Shown here piece by piece: positions 8,900-18,834 of a stretch of DNA of 64,000 nt. Made by a program: the position numbers and the translations under genes. The notes beneath the pieces were generated by a model. The model was not told the origin of the DNA and searched no databases. It was given only the letters and a program-made list of their open reading frames with translations. Numbering within the stretch: position 1 is the stretch's first letter; each line of letters opens with the position of its first letter. Source of the stretch: Bacilli bacterium (GTDB taxonomy: Bacteria > Bacillota_I > Bacilli_A > RFN20 > CAG-826); assembly GCA_900767605.1 (NCBI GenBank), contig CAAFZT010000010.1:171-64170 (forward strand), written 5' to 3'.

Positions 8900-9039
8900 G
8901 TTATTGCGATTACGAAACGAAGAAGGGGGTTTCCTTTTTTGTAACGTTTAAAGATTTTGACGAAGTAATTCGGATCGTCATAGCCGACAAAGTGCACGAC
9001 TTCCCCGATAGGCAAATCGGCTTGAACAACAAGAAACAA
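8900..9039 (-). pseudogene. AraC-family regulator C-terminal stump
   Basis: The translation ...LPIGEVVHFVGYDDPNYFVKIFKRYKKGNPLLRF matches the last HTH of AraC/XylS proteins. No N-terminal part is present; it abuts the AT-rich leader of the ATPase gene. Confidence 0.55.
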
Positions 9040-9093
9040 CCATTATAATATTTTTATAAATCGTAAATTACAAAATCGTAAATTATAAAAATT

Positions 9094-10473
9094 ATGAAAT
9101 TCATCGGAAGAGAGCAAGAGCAAAAAACCATACAAAGATTGATGTCCAAAGACGGGTATCAAGGATGCGTGATTTATGGACGTAGGCGCATGGGGAAGAC
9201 GGAACTTGTCCGCAAGTGCGTTTTGGAACAAAAAAGCCCCATCGTTATGTATCAATGCAAGGAATCCAACGAGCAGGATAACGTAGAGATGCTGACGGGC
9301 CTGTTACGTACGGTTTTGAATAACCCTTATTTGTCTTTTGCTACCTTCGTGGACGCGGTGAGGTTTCTTTTCGACTATTCCAAAGACCAGGAAATCATCT
9401 TAGTTTTGGACGAGTATCCTTATCTTAAAAACTTGATCGATGGCTGCGATTCCAAATTGCAAAGCATCATCGATGATCACGCGATGGACTGCAACCTTAA
9501 GCTGTTTCTGCTTGGAAGCAGTATATCCACGATGGAAGACATCTTAAACCACGACAATCCCCTTTATATGCGGTTTCAAACTTCGATTCTTTTAAAGCAA
9601 ATGGATTATTGGGATTCGGCGCAGTTTTACCCTCATTATTCCAACGAAGATAAAGTTCGCATGTACGCCGCTTTTGGCGGGGTTCCTTATTTCAATGCCC
9701 AAATCGATGATCGCATTAGCCCAAAAGAGAATATGATTCGCCTTCTCAGCGGCCAATTCTCGGGCATGAAGGAATTCTTGGACACTTATTTAAAGCAGGA
9801 ACTAAGAAAGGTGAATAGCGCGAACGCGGTGTTCGAGGCCGTTGCCTTAGGAGCGTTCCATTATACGGATATCCTGTCCAAGTCTCGTGTGGAGTCCTCT
9901 CCGCTTTTAAATGGCGTTCTCCAAAAACTTACCAAGATGGATTTGGTGGAATACGTCTCCCCCATCAATAACAAAAACGATAAGCAAAAATCGGGGTATT
10001 GCATTAGCGATTCCTGCGTGAAGTTCTATTATCATTTTGTTTACCGGAATGCATCAGCACACGCCCTTCTTGATGACGATATTTTCTATGAGAAATTTAT
10101 TCATGAGGATTTTGAAAAATTCTTTGTGCCGAAAACGTTTGAAGAAATATCGAAACAATTCCTGGTTCGTCTCAATAAAAAAGGCCAATTAGAACCGATG
10201 CTGATTGATATCGGCACTTATTGGTACGATCAGCCAAGCCAAAGGAAAAACGGCCAGTTTGATGTCGTTGGGAAAACCGAAGACGGCTATGTTTTCTTTG
10301 AATGTAAATACACGAACTCGCCATTGAGTGATGAGGTTATTAAAGAGGAACTGGAACAAGTCGCGTCTACGACGTTGAAGCCGGTCCAATATGGATTCTT
10401 CTCGAAGAATGGTTTTGATCTTAAAAACCACTACACGTATCTCTTGTATTCGTTAGAAGACCTGTATCGTTAA
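9094..10473 (+). CDS. AAA+ ATP-binding protein (archaeal-ATPase/DUF234-type)
   Basis: Has FIGREQEQKTI...VIYGRRRMGKTELV (Walker A) and ILVLDEYPYL (Walker B). Length is 459 aa. Confidence 0.8.
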   Translation: MKFIGREQEQKTIQRLMSKDGYQGCVIYGRRRMGKTELVRKCVLEQKSPIVMYQCKESNEQDNVEMLTGLLRTVLNNPYLSFATFVDAVRFLFDYSKDQEIILVLDEYPYLKNLIDGCDSKLQSIIDDHAMDCNLKLFLLGSSISTMEDILNHDNPLYMRFQTSILLKQMDYWDSAQFYPHYSNEDKVRMYAAFGGVPYFNAQIDDRISPKENMIRLLSGQFSGMKEFLDTYLKQELRKVNSANAVFEAVALGAFHYTDILSKSRVESSPLLNGVLQKLTKMDLVEYVSPINNKNDKQKSGYCISDSCVKFYYHFVYRNASAHALLDDDIFYEKFIHEDFEKFFVPKTFEEISKQFLVRLNKKGQLEPMLIDIGTYWYDQPSQRKNGQFDVVGKTEDGYVFFECKYTNSPLSDEVIKEELEQVASTTLKPVQYGFFSKNGFDLKNHYTYLLYSLEDLYR

Positions 10474-10490
10474 ACGCATTTTCGAGAACA

Positions 10491-10520
10491 AAAAACGAGC
10501 CTCATGCGGGGCTCGTTTTC
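10491..10520. terminator. bidirectional terminator
   Basis: AAAAACGAGCC-tcatgcgg-GGCTCGTTTT lies between convergent genes. Confidence 0.7.
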
Positions 10521-10535
10521 GTTGTTGGGTTGAGA

Positions 10536-12338
10536 TTAATTCAAGGTTCCTTCGCCGAAGGTGCCTTGGCGGAAGTGGCATTGAATAACGTATTCTTCGC
10601 CGCTAGGATCGGTGACATCCACATGGACATCCCATCCCAAGGGCCAGTTTTTGTCGAGGCCGATGTTCATTGTGATATATAGTTGAACTTGGCCGTTGTT
10701 CGTGTTTTGAACGATGTATTCTTTTGCCAAAATCTTAGTGTCGCCAAGATAGGGCGTGCATGCGTCTTTGAATTCACCATCCCCAATATAGGAAATAGTG
10801 AACTTGGCTTTGAATTGGTAGTTTTTCGCATTCTCCATCGTCATTTTGAGGACGCTGTTATCTACCATGAGGGTCATGCCAGCACCTTCAATGTTGCCAT
10901 TGTTTACTTTCAAGGCGTTTTTGGGCTCGGTCGAAGGTTGAGAAACGGTGATTGCTCTTTCGGCGGTGTAGGTCTTGCCGGCAAGTGTCATCGTAATGGC
11001 AAGCTTGCCTTGTCCTTTAGCTACGCCTTTGATGGTAGCTACGCCACCATCCGCGGTAACAGTGAATAATTCCGGGTTCTTGCTTTCGAATGCAAAGGTT
11101 GCATCGCCATCAAGATAGAAGCCCTTTTCGGCTTTCACTTCGGCGGTCGCACCCACTTTGACGGAGGTCGCGCCGCTGACGTTTAACGGAAGAGCCACTT
11201 TATCGTTTTTAAAATTAACCGTTCCTTCATAAACAACGTTGTTGGCCGTGTCTTTGAAGGTCACTTTGATGGCAAGTGGATTGCCGGCAGGAGCGCCGCT
11301 CATGACGACGTAGAGTTCACATTGATCGGCGGGGCCTTGGAAGAACTGGTTCTGGATGGTGAATGAGCCCGTAGTGATTTCCACTGTGCGCTCTAAATTC
11401 TTTAGTTGCTCAGGAGTAAGTCCCATGGCGGTTGCATTGATGCGAACGAACGCGCCAGCGCCATCAACGGCGCAGGTATCCAAGAAGACAACCTCTTTCT
11501 TTGTGGCAGCCTGGGCTTTGACGTTAATCGCATGAGTTAACGAAGCAACAACGGCTCCATCCGTCATCTTGCAGGTAACAACAGCGTCGCCACCTTTTTC
11601 ACCGTGGATGGTAGCAGTTTTACCATTGGCTTTGATGGAAACGGCATCACTAGAAGTGGTCCATTCAAAGGTCGCGGTTTCGGATGTGTATTTCGTGACG
11701 GCTTCTAACGTAATGTCTTCACCAGCAGAAATCGCATTGGCGCCTTTGATTGCAGAAAGCTTCGGGGTGGCGTCTTCGCAAGTGTAATAGAAATCGATGG
11801 AACTAAAAGAGGTTCCTTCCCCAGCGCCAAAGGCAAAAAAGACCTTTTTCGCGTTGGTTCCGTCAACAACGGTGTTGAGTTCGTAGGCTTTTTCGCTCAC
11901 TGCACCAATCGCTTGGCCACCTAGGTTTTTCTCCCCGTAATCAAAGAACGTGGAGTTGGCTTCGGTTTTGGAAACCATGTCATTGATGACAACCTTATGG
12001 AAGCCAGCGCCAGCGCGTTTGTTCGCAGAGACGCTGGATCCCGAGTAGTCAACGTTGAAGATGGTTCCGCCAGAAATGGTGGCGGTGGAACCGGCGACGG
12101 AAGCCCCGTCTACGTGGAATTTCGTTCCGGAAACGATGAAATCCCCAGCTTTTCCATCTTTAATACCGGCGGCGATGTCCGCTGCGGAAACACGAATCAT
12201 CATCGTGTTGGATTCTTCCGCGTGCATCGGAAGAACGTTTTTCAATCCTCCGCCAAAATAATTAGCGGTCACTACGCCTGCGGCTGCTAATGAGCCCGCA
12301 AGAATGGCGATGGAGAGAACTTTTAAATTCTTTTTCAT
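10536..12338 (-). CDS. secreted/surface protein with Ig-like repeats
   Basis: Start trimmed to MKKNLKVLSIAILAGSLAAAG (signal/anchor). The rest is T/V/A-rich repeated beta-type segments. Confidence 0.6.
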   Translation of the reverse strand: MKKNLKVLSIAILAGSLAAAGVVTANYFGGGLKNVLPMHAEESNTMMIRVSAADIAAGIKDGKAGDFIVSGTKFHVDGASVAGSTATISGGTIFNVDYSGSSVSANKRAGAGFHKVVINDMVSKTEANSTFFDYGEKNLGGQAIGAVSEKAYELNTVVDGTNAKKVFFAFGAGEGTSFSSIDFYYTCEDATPKLSAIKGANAISAGEDITLEAVTKYTSETATFEWTTSSDAVSIKANGKTATIHGEKGGDAVVTCKMTDGAVVASLTHAINVKAQAATKKEVVFLDTCAVDGAGAFVRINATAMGLTPEQLKNLERTVEITTGSFTIQNQFFQGPADQCELYVVMSGAPAGNPLAIKVTFKDTANNVVYEGTVNFKNDKVALPLNVSGATSVKVGATAEVKAEKGFYLDGDATFAFESKNPELFTVTADGGVATIKGVAKGQGKLAITMTLAGKTYTAERAITVSQPSTEPKNALKVNNGNIEGAGMTLMVDNSVLKMTMENAKNYQFKAKFTISYIGDGEFKDACTPYLGDTKILAKEYIVQNTNNGQVQLYITMNIGLDKNWPLGWDVHVDVTDPSGEEYVIQCHFRQGTFGEGTLN

Positions 12339-12452
12339 CTTTGCTGATTTCCTTTCTGCCCCTTTGTTTAGGATGCATTGCAAATGATGTATGGTTTAAA
12401 CCATATTATGTAACAATAATAGAATGTGGTTTCCCGTTTTTCAATAAGTTTT

Positions 12453-12466
12453 AGAAACCGCTTTCT
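12453..12466. promoter_or_regulatory. LacI-family operator-like palindrome
   Basis: The sequence is AGAAACCGCTTTCT, identical to the site at 20452-20465. It lies upstream of CDS 10536-12338. Confidence 0.45.
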
Positions 12467-12509
12467 TAACGATGATTAGCCATCTTTTTTTCAAAAAACG
12501 TCATTTTTC

Positions 12510-12521
12510 GAAATCGGTTTC
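12510..12521. promoter_or_regulatory. LacI-family operator-like palindrome
   Basis: GAAATCGGTTTC. Confidence 0.35.
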
Positions 12522-12630
12522 TCAATTTATTAAGTTCCCATCAACACTTCCTTGGTTGTTTCCCTGCTGTTTCGTAAATCATTTCCTCTTTGGCACGGGA
12601 AAGGAGAAGGGCAAATCGCTTAACGCGGGG

Positions 12631-15597
12631 TTATAAAGTCCAACTCGTGAAGGAATGGGCTTCCGCTTGGATGGTTTTGGCTTGTCCATTCACGTGGCAA
12701 GTTAATGTTTCCTTGGAGGAAGAGGGATTCCAAACCATGGCGCGACGTGCCCCGTTATTGTTATAAACGGTCGCACTGCAATAGGTGCTGGGATCAAAGT
12801 AGGCATCAACGTCTTTATTCCCGTATGTGTTGAGACCATGCACCATCCAATAGGAACCGATTAATTCGTTTTTGTAATCGTCGCTTTGAATTTTTGCGCT
12901 ATCAAATTGGCTCATCGCGGCAGAAGGGTTGACTAAAGCTTCGACTGCCCACATGTTGGAGAACCAGTTTCTGGGGGCACCTCCGCATTTTCTTTCCATT
13001 TCAGAATAGATTTTTTGGAATACGGTCTTTTCCTTTTCCCCGATGACGTAATGGCTTAGATATTCTCCGGTTGGGAGCCAATGGATGCCATAAATGAATT
13101 CGGGATTCGAACCAAACCATGTGGCACAGCTGTTCTTTCCACCCCAAAGAATTCCAATGACGTGGGTGTAATTGGCCAAGGAGTCGATCCAATTATCTTC
13201 GTCATAGTTAAACCAATATTGCTTGATGGATGTCATTTCCGTGGCAAATCCATAGGCAGCAGCATTGGAAAGAGAAGTGTCTCCTAGGGCTTTTGCCAAT
13301 AAATATCCTGCCGTCCAACTATTGAGGGCTTCTCCACAACTTTCTTGGTCGTTCCCGTCTCCAAAATCGCCGATTCCGTCCGCCCAACTATGCCCTGCAT
13401 AGGAATCAAATCCACGCAAAACGGGCATCTTTTCGTTCGAACCGTCATTCATGTAATCCTGAAGGACGAGTTTGGCCATGGAACCGTATTGGCTTAAGAA
13501 TGCCAAATCGTACATGGCAAGAACTGCAGAAGCAAAAACAAGGTACCCGGAAGTGAAGTGGTGATCGGAAATACGGGTGTTATTGGAGAAATTATTCGTG
13601 GAATAAAGCAATGAGCCAAATTTCTCGTCGAAGAAGAAATAACGAACGTCGTCCTTCCCCGAATAGGTGAACCAGTCTACTAACAAGGTTTTAAGACGAC
13701 CTTTTAACGAATCGCGAAGGGCTGTTTCCCCAATCTGGTCCGCGGCGATAAGGGCTTGGGACAAAGGATAAAGAGCTTTGGCATTCCAATAGGGCCCCGG
13801 GGCATTGGCAAAATCTTTGGAGGAATCCTTCCAATCAAGGGAGACGTTGCTAGAAAGTTTGGTATCGTCCAAAAGGGTATTCATCCACCCCTTCAAGGCG
13901 TTTTTATCGACGCCACTAGGGAGGACAAAACTAGGGAGAACGCCATAGAAATCGTTTTTCGTCTCAAACGTATGGTCGGGAAGCATTTTGCTGGTTCCGC
14001 GGAATGTCTTTTTCGTGTATTTCGAAGGAACGGCTTCACTCTTCTTCCATTGATGGGGAAAGAGGGAGAGTAGACCCTTCTCATCGGATTCGATGAAATT
14101 TTGTCGGTTGGATCGGAATTTCGTTGTTATGGTCTTCCCCTCGATTTGGTATTCGGAATGAAGGGACAAGGGGACGGAATAACCGTGTTGGTGAAAGAAA
14201 GGAGCCTCCTCCACGTTGTTTATGGAGGCGATGGAAACTAAATTTCCTTCTCCTAACGTCAAATCCACTTGAGCCATGAATGCGGCATTGAGCTGTGAAC
14301 CTTGGCTAAAGGTGAAAGTGGTGTTTTTTGGAACGTTAACAAGATACCAAAGGTCTTGATATTGGGCGGCTCCAACCGCGGAGCTTGGGAAGGTGGTGGC
14401 GTAGCCGTAATGAACGTTAGGATAACGAACTACTAACGCCTCTCCTTTGTAAGAGGAACCCGTTATTTTTTCTCCGGATACGGTATAGAACTCATAGGGT
14501 GCTGCGCATCCTGCAGTGCGGAGATTTATCTGAAGGTTCGACGTTTTGCTTTCAAAGAAGGCGTAAGGGGAAGACTCACTTCCTTTAAACACCATTTCAT
14601 CTTCTCCGTTTTCTATGGTGCGTAAAGAAAGTTCAACGGAGGATTCGCTATAATCGCTTACAAACACTTTCGGCGTCCCTTTTAGCCCAACAGGAGCGAG
14701 GGTTAAATCCGTGAAAGTTGGCCGGAAATTCTCCATCGTGGTTTGCTTGGCTCCCGTAGTATCAGGAGCATCAAAATATTGGGTGAATCCCGTTCCTCTA
14801 CAGGAAATTTGGAATCCATTCCCAAAAGAAACGTCTAAGGGGTTCATGCATAAAGCGGTGGACCCGCCGTTATTTCCATACATCATTCCCGTGAAGAACT
14901 GGTTGGAAGGCACGGCTCCTTTGTTATAGAGGCGAGCATCCAAATTAACGGGGTCTGGTGCTCTTTTGAAAAGGTTTTCGTTATCTCCGACAGCAGAAGG
15001 AACGTTGCCAGTTCGATAACTTCCTTGGCCCAAGGTTACCGTTCGATCTTCTCCTTCCCGCTCAACGCGTTGAGGATAAACAAACGGGCTATCATCCACG
15101 ATAATGGTTCGCGTCACGGATCCAGAAGACTGATTTTCGTTTACCGAATAAGTAAGGGCATATTCGCCTTTCTTTCCATAGTCGACGAAACCTTTTACTT
15201 GAATACAGTCCGTTAAATCCACGCCATTTTGGCTTTTAGCGGTCACACCGTCTAAAGCGTGAAAATAATGACCGACGGACCAATGCGTCGTGCCGATTCC
15301 TTCAAAAAGAACATTTCCTACCGGTTCTGGGTCGGGGATATCAGTATCACTTGTGGAGGAATTATATGAATTACTGGAGGAACTAGATGAAGAGGAAGTG
15401 CTAGAAGAAGGGCTTTCAGAAGAAGGATGGCTACTTGGGGACTCGCTTTCGCTTGAACTGGGTTCATTTTCGGAACTCGCAGAAGAGCTGTCTACAAAGT
15501 TTGAATTGCTAGAGGAACTTTGGGAGGGAGTAGACCCACACGCCGCTAATAGCAACGAAGAAGTGGCAAGAGCTAAGAGAATTTTTGATTTTTTCAT
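12631..15597 (-). CDS. GH81 endo-beta-1,3-glucanase lipoprotein
   Basis: Start trimmed to MKKSKILLALATSSLLLAACGS (lipobox), followed by a Ser-rich linker. Motifs ISDHHFTSGY, FDSYAGHSWADG and GNDQESCGEALN match GH81 signatures. Confidence 0.8.
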   Translation of the reverse strand: MKKSKILLALATSSLLLAACGSTPSQSSSSNSNFVDSSSASSENEPSSSESESPSSHPSSESPSSSTSSSSSSSSNSYNSSTSDTDIPDPEPVGNVLFEGIGTTHWSVGHYFHALDGVTAKSQNGVDLTDCIQVKGFVDYGKKGEYALTYSVNENQSSGSVTRTIIVDDSPFVYPQRVEREGEDRTVTLGQGSYRTGNVPSAVGDNENLFKRAPDPVNLDARLYNKGAVPSNQFFTGMMYGNNGGSTALCMNPLDVSFGNGFQISCRGTGFTQYFDAPDTTGAKQTTMENFRPTFTDLTLAPVGLKGTPKVFVSDYSESSVELSLRTIENGEDEMVFKGSESSPYAFFESKTSNLQINLRTAGCAAPYEFYTVSGEKITGSSYKGEALVVRYPNVHYGYATTFPSSAVGAAQYQDLWYLVNVPKNTTFTFSQGSQLNAAFMAQVDLTLGEGNLVSIASINNVEEAPFFHQHGYSVPLSLHSEYQIEGKTITTKFRSNRQNFIESDEKGLLSLFPHQWKKSEAVPSKYTKKTFRGTSKMLPDHTFETKNDFYGVLPSFVLPSGVDKNALKGWMNTLLDDTKLSSNVSLDWKDSSKDFANAPGPYWNAKALYPLSQALIAADQIGETALRDSLKGRLKTLLVDWFTYSGKDDVRYFFFDEKFGSLLYSTNNFSNNTRISDHHFTSGYLVFASAVLAMYDLAFLSQYGSMAKLVLQDYMNDGSNEKMPVLRGFDSYAGHSWADGIGDFGDGNDQESCGEALNSWTAGYLLAKALGDTSLSNAAAYGFATEMTSIKQYWFNYDEDNWIDSLANYTHVIGILWGGKNSCATWFGSNPEFIYGIHWLPTGEYLSHYVIGEKEKTVFQKIYSEMERKCGGAPRNWFSNMWAVEALVNPSAAMSQFDSAKIQSDDYKNELIGSYWMVHGLNTYGNKDVDAYFDPSTYCSATVYNNNGARRAMVWNPSSSKETLTCHVNGQAKTIQAEAHSFTSWTL

Positions 15598-15616
15598 AAG
15601 GTAGTGCCTCATTTTA

Positions 15617-15630
15617 GGAAAACGGTTTCC
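15617..15630. promoter_or_regulatory. LacI-family operator-like palindrome in the GH81 leader
   Basis: GGAAAACGGTTTCC, 20 nt upstream of the GH81 ATG. Confidence 0.45.
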
Positions 15631-15734
15631 CCTTCGAAAATATACCATAAAATTTAATTGTTGTAAGGGCTTTCAAAGAAAAGAACAACGAACTTTTCCC
15701 CCTCTCGTGGACGTGTTTCCCCTCAAAGATTACA

Positions 15735-16220
15735 ATGGAATGGATGAACCGATTCGACGATTTAGAAAAAATTTCTGTGTTAAAAAAACAGAGGATTGTT
15801 GGTTTGTTGCTCGCCGTTTTAATCGCGGTTCTATTTTTCCTTGGTTTCCTTTTTTGCTTCCTTTTCCAAACCCGCGCTACCATGATCGCGTGGGTGATTG
15901 GAACTACGGCCTTTTCCATAGTTTGCATTACGTTTTTCCTCTATTCCTTTTTCGTGCTTTATCAGCCGGTAAATGTTTATCTCAAGCTTTTGACGAACCC
16001 CAAAAAGAAGGAAAATTATGAAACGGGGATTTTTCTTAAACTAGGCGAATATACAGAAACTCATCAAGGGGTTGTCTGTAGAATTCTTTGGGTGGAACAA
16101 AACGAAAAAACGTTGCAAATCCCTGTTCAAAAGGATGAGAAGATCGAATTGAAACCAGGAAGTTCCTACCGGTTTTTATTAAAAAGCGACATCGTGATTG
16201 GATGGGAGGAAGGACAATGA
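15735..16220 (+). CDS. membrane protein, function unknown
   Basis: 161 aa with two clear hydrophobic helices and a soluble tail. Confidence 0.5.
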   Translation: MEWMNRFDDLEKISVLKKQRIVGLLLAVLIAVLFFLGFLFCFLFQTRATMIAWVIGTTAFSIVCITFFLYSFFVLYQPVNVYLKLLTNPKKKENYETGIFLKLGEYTETHQGVVCRILWVEQNEKTLQIPVQKDEKIELKPGSSYRFLLKSDIVIGWEEGQ

Positions 16221-16876
16221 ACCTCCGTCCCAACAAGAAAACAATTCACGATTTCTTTGTCCGCTTTGGATGGGGAATCCTGGGAGGAGGGCTTCTAAGC
16301 TTCCTTGTTTTGGATTTTTCGTTGCGGGCCATCGATGCGATTCAACCTCGCGAGAAATTGGATTTCTTCATTGAGTCCTATGCCTTGAAGGAAAATACGT
16401 TAGCGGATGATGTGGTTTCTCACTTTGAAAACCAAGGGATTTTACAGTGCAACATCTATCACGTTTATCCCGAGGAAGCGGCGATAGGACAACGGTTCCA
16501 AGCCCAAGGATTAACCAGCGACTTTTGCATCTTAAGCGAAAGTGACGTGAAGGGCTTTAAAGATATGATGGGTGAATTCTTCCTCCCGTTAGACGAAGAT
16601 TCCAAAAAGAAAATGCTTCAGGATACGAAGAAGAATTATGACACCTATTCCGCACTTGGTTTGGAATGGGGACTTCAACTTTATGATGCCAAGGATCCTT
16701 CTTATAACCTCCAATTCGATTTTTCTCCTTTGCTCTCTTTCTCAAGTCCTAAACCCGATAAGCAAGAATCTTTTTACCTTTTCTTCCTTTCTCAAAGCGT
16801 CCATTTTGGAAAGGAGGACACCTTGGGGTATGAGGCCTGTTCGTACTTTCTTCAACTTTACGAGGCAAAGCCATGA
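16217..16876 (+). CDS. membrane-anchored protein, function unknown
   Basis: Start trimmed to MNLRPNKK (GGAGGAAGG SD), followed by one N-terminal TM helix. Confidence 0.5.
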   Translation: MNLRPNKKTIHDFFVRFGWGILGGGLLSFLVLDFSLRAIDAIQPREKLDFFIESYALKENTLADDVVSHFENQGILQCNIYHVYPEEAAIGQRFQAQGLTSDFCILSESDVKGFKDMMGEFFLPLDEDSKKKMLQDTKKNYDTYSALGLEWGLQLYDAKDPSYNLQFDFSPLLSFSSPKPDKQESFYLFFLSQSVHFGKEDTLGYEACSYFLQLYEAKP

Positions 16877-17685
16877 AAGAAACAAAACTTCCTACCGAAG
16901 ACCGTCTTTTGCCGGATACCCGGCTTGAGTTATTGAAGGATACGTTACGGTATCGGTTTTTGGATATCATGGTCTTAAGCATTTTGACAGGGTTATTTTT
17001 CCTGCCTCTGGTCCTTTGGATCGTGTTGGCCACCTCTTTGGGATTATTAGATTCCACGAGCATTGCTTCCGTTTTGCTTACCTATGGCCTTGCCATTCTA
17101 GGGTTTTTAATCGCGGGATTTGGCTTAGGCGGAACCTTTTATGTCTGCAAGAAAATAGCCTGGGGCGAAGGAGGCATGCTTGCCGCTGATTTTCTAGAGG
17201 GGGCCGTTAAAAACAAAGGTACATCCCTCCTCCTTTTTGGCTTTTTGGGCATTTTATATTTCGCCATTAAAGTGGAATCCGCGTGGATGTCTTTGGATGA
17301 AACGTTGCCCCATTCCGCAAAGATCTGCTTCGCCGGTCTTTCGTACGGGTTATTTCTATTATGCTTATGCTGCTCCTTGTTTCATTTGGCCCAGTCCACC
17401 ATTTACGAGGATCGCTTTTTGTCGCTTAGCTGGAACAGCATCAAATTCCTCGTTGGCAAAATCTTGACGAACATCCCGATGTTTTTGCTGGTTTTATTCC
17501 CTTTGATTCTGATGGAATTTTTGCCTTATCTTCTCGCTACCATCCTTTCGTTCTTCTTTCTTTTTCTATTTTGGCTCGGGTTCGCTTCGCTCGCATTTAC
17601 CCTTTATGCCCATTCGATTTTCGATAAGGCAATTAATCAAAATCAATTTCCGGAAATTGTAAGAAAAGGATTGCGGAAACACTGA
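16873..17685 (+). CDS. YesL-like (DUF624) integral membrane protein
   Basis: Polytopic membrane protein that overlaps the upstream stop by 4 nt. This is a typical companion of sugar ABC loci. Confidence 0.55.
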   Translation: MKETKLPTEDRLLPDTRLELLKDTLRYRFLDIMVLSILTGLFFLPLVLWIVLATSLGLLDSTSIASVLLTYGLAILGFLIAGFGLGGTFYVCKKIAWGEGGMLAADFLEGAVKNKGTSLLLFGFLGILYFAIKVESAWMSLDETLPHSAKICFAGLSYGLFLLCLCCSLFHLAQSTIYEDRFLSLSWNSIKFLVGKILTNIPMFLLVLFPLILMEFLPYLLATILSFFFLFLFWLGFASLAFTLYAHSIFDKAINQNQFPEIVRKGLRKH

Positions 17686-17771
17686 TGAAAGTTTTCCCTA
17701 TTCTTTAGGAAACCGATTGCAAGGGCAATTTTTCCGTGCAATACTTTGAGAAACCTTAGGAAACATTCCAT

Positions 17772-18791
17772 ATGGCAAACGTAACGATTTATGACGTCGC
17801 CAAAAAATGCGGCGTATCCCCCGGAACGGTTAGCAAGGCAATCAACAACTATTCCGCCATCCCTTCCAAAACCAAAGATCGAATTTTAAAAACGATGAAG
17901 GAGATGAACTACATCCCTAACATCGGGGCGAAGTCCCTTTCAAAACGGGTCTCGAAAAATATCGGGGTCCTTGCCTATTTTGGAATGGATATCTCTCCTT
18001 TCAAATCGCCGCTATTCACGGACATTTTGGATTCTGCCCAAAGCGATTTAAATTCCCAAGGATATGATTTGCTCTTCGTTTCTCATAACGTGGATGGCCG
18101 CGACGGAAGCTTTTATGAAAACTGCGTCTCTCGCAATGTGGCGGGAACATTGTTATTCGGCGACATGTCCAACCCGGAAATGAAAGAAGTGACGGAAAGT
18201 TCGATTCCCTGTGTGGCGTTTGACTACGCGGATGCGAATGTCACTGGCGTATTCTCCAATAACAAAGAAGCGATGAAAGAATTGACCCGTTACCTTATTT
18301 CTTTGGGCCATAAACGCATCGTATTCGTCCACGGCGAACAGTCCCGAGCAACAGATAAGCGCATCGAGGGCTTTAAAGAAGCCATGAGCGAAGCAGGTAT
18401 CGCTTTGCGGGATGACACTTTGGTTCCGGCGAGGTATCTCGATGTGGATTCGGTTGCCAACATCACCCGGAATTTGATGCGGCGTATTCTTCCTCCAACC
18501 GCCATTCTTTATCCGGATGATCGGTCCGCGATCCGCGCCCTAGCCACCTTGCAATCCCTAGGATTATCTTGTCCCGACGATGTTTCCATCGCTGGATTTG
18601 ATGGCTTGGAGATTTCCCAGATCGTCTCTCCCCATTTGACGACCATCAAACAAGACACGGTGAAGATTGGAAAGATCCTAGCCAAGGAACTGATTGATTT
18701 AATTGAAAAGCGGAAGACGACCAACGAAATCATCGAAGCTCGCGCTTCCTTGATCATTGGGGAATCGACTTCATCCTTAAAAAGCGAATGA
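17772..18791 (+). CDS. LacI-family transcriptional regulator
   Basis: N-terminal HTH VTIYDVAKKCGVSPGTVSKAIN, followed by a periplasmic-binding-protein-like sugar-sensor body. Confidence 0.9.
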   Translation: MANVTIYDVAKKCGVSPGTVSKAINNYSAIPSKTKDRILKTMKEMNYIPNIGAKSLSKRVSKNIGVLAYFGMDISPFKSPLFTDILDSAQSDLNSQGYDLLFVSHNVDGRDGSFYENCVSRNVAGTLLFGDMSNPEMKEVTESSIPCVAFDYADANVTGVFSNNKEAMKELTRYLISLGHKRIVFVHGEQSRATDKRIEGFKEAMSEAGIALRDDTLVPARYLDVDSVANITRNLMRRILPPTAILYPDDRSAIRALATLQSLGLSCPDDVSIAGFDGLEISQIVSPHLTTIKQDTVKIGKILAKELIDLIEKRKTTNEIIEARASLIIGESTSSLKSE

Positions 18792-18793
18792 AA

Positions 18794-18821
18794 AAGGCGG
18801 CTGCCGAGGGGTAGCCGCCTT
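18794..18821. terminator. bidirectional terminator
   Basis: AAGGCGGCT-gccgaggggt-AGCCGCCTT lies between convergent genes. Confidence 0.7.
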
Positions 18822-18834
18822 TTCGTGATTGCTT

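Noticed and set aside
10683-12290. Several 68-128-aa plus-strand ORFs (10683-11069, 11569-11787, 11997-12290, 12055-12261)
   Set aside because: All lie inside the 600-aa surface-protein gene on the opposite strand. Their composition is that of shadow frames.
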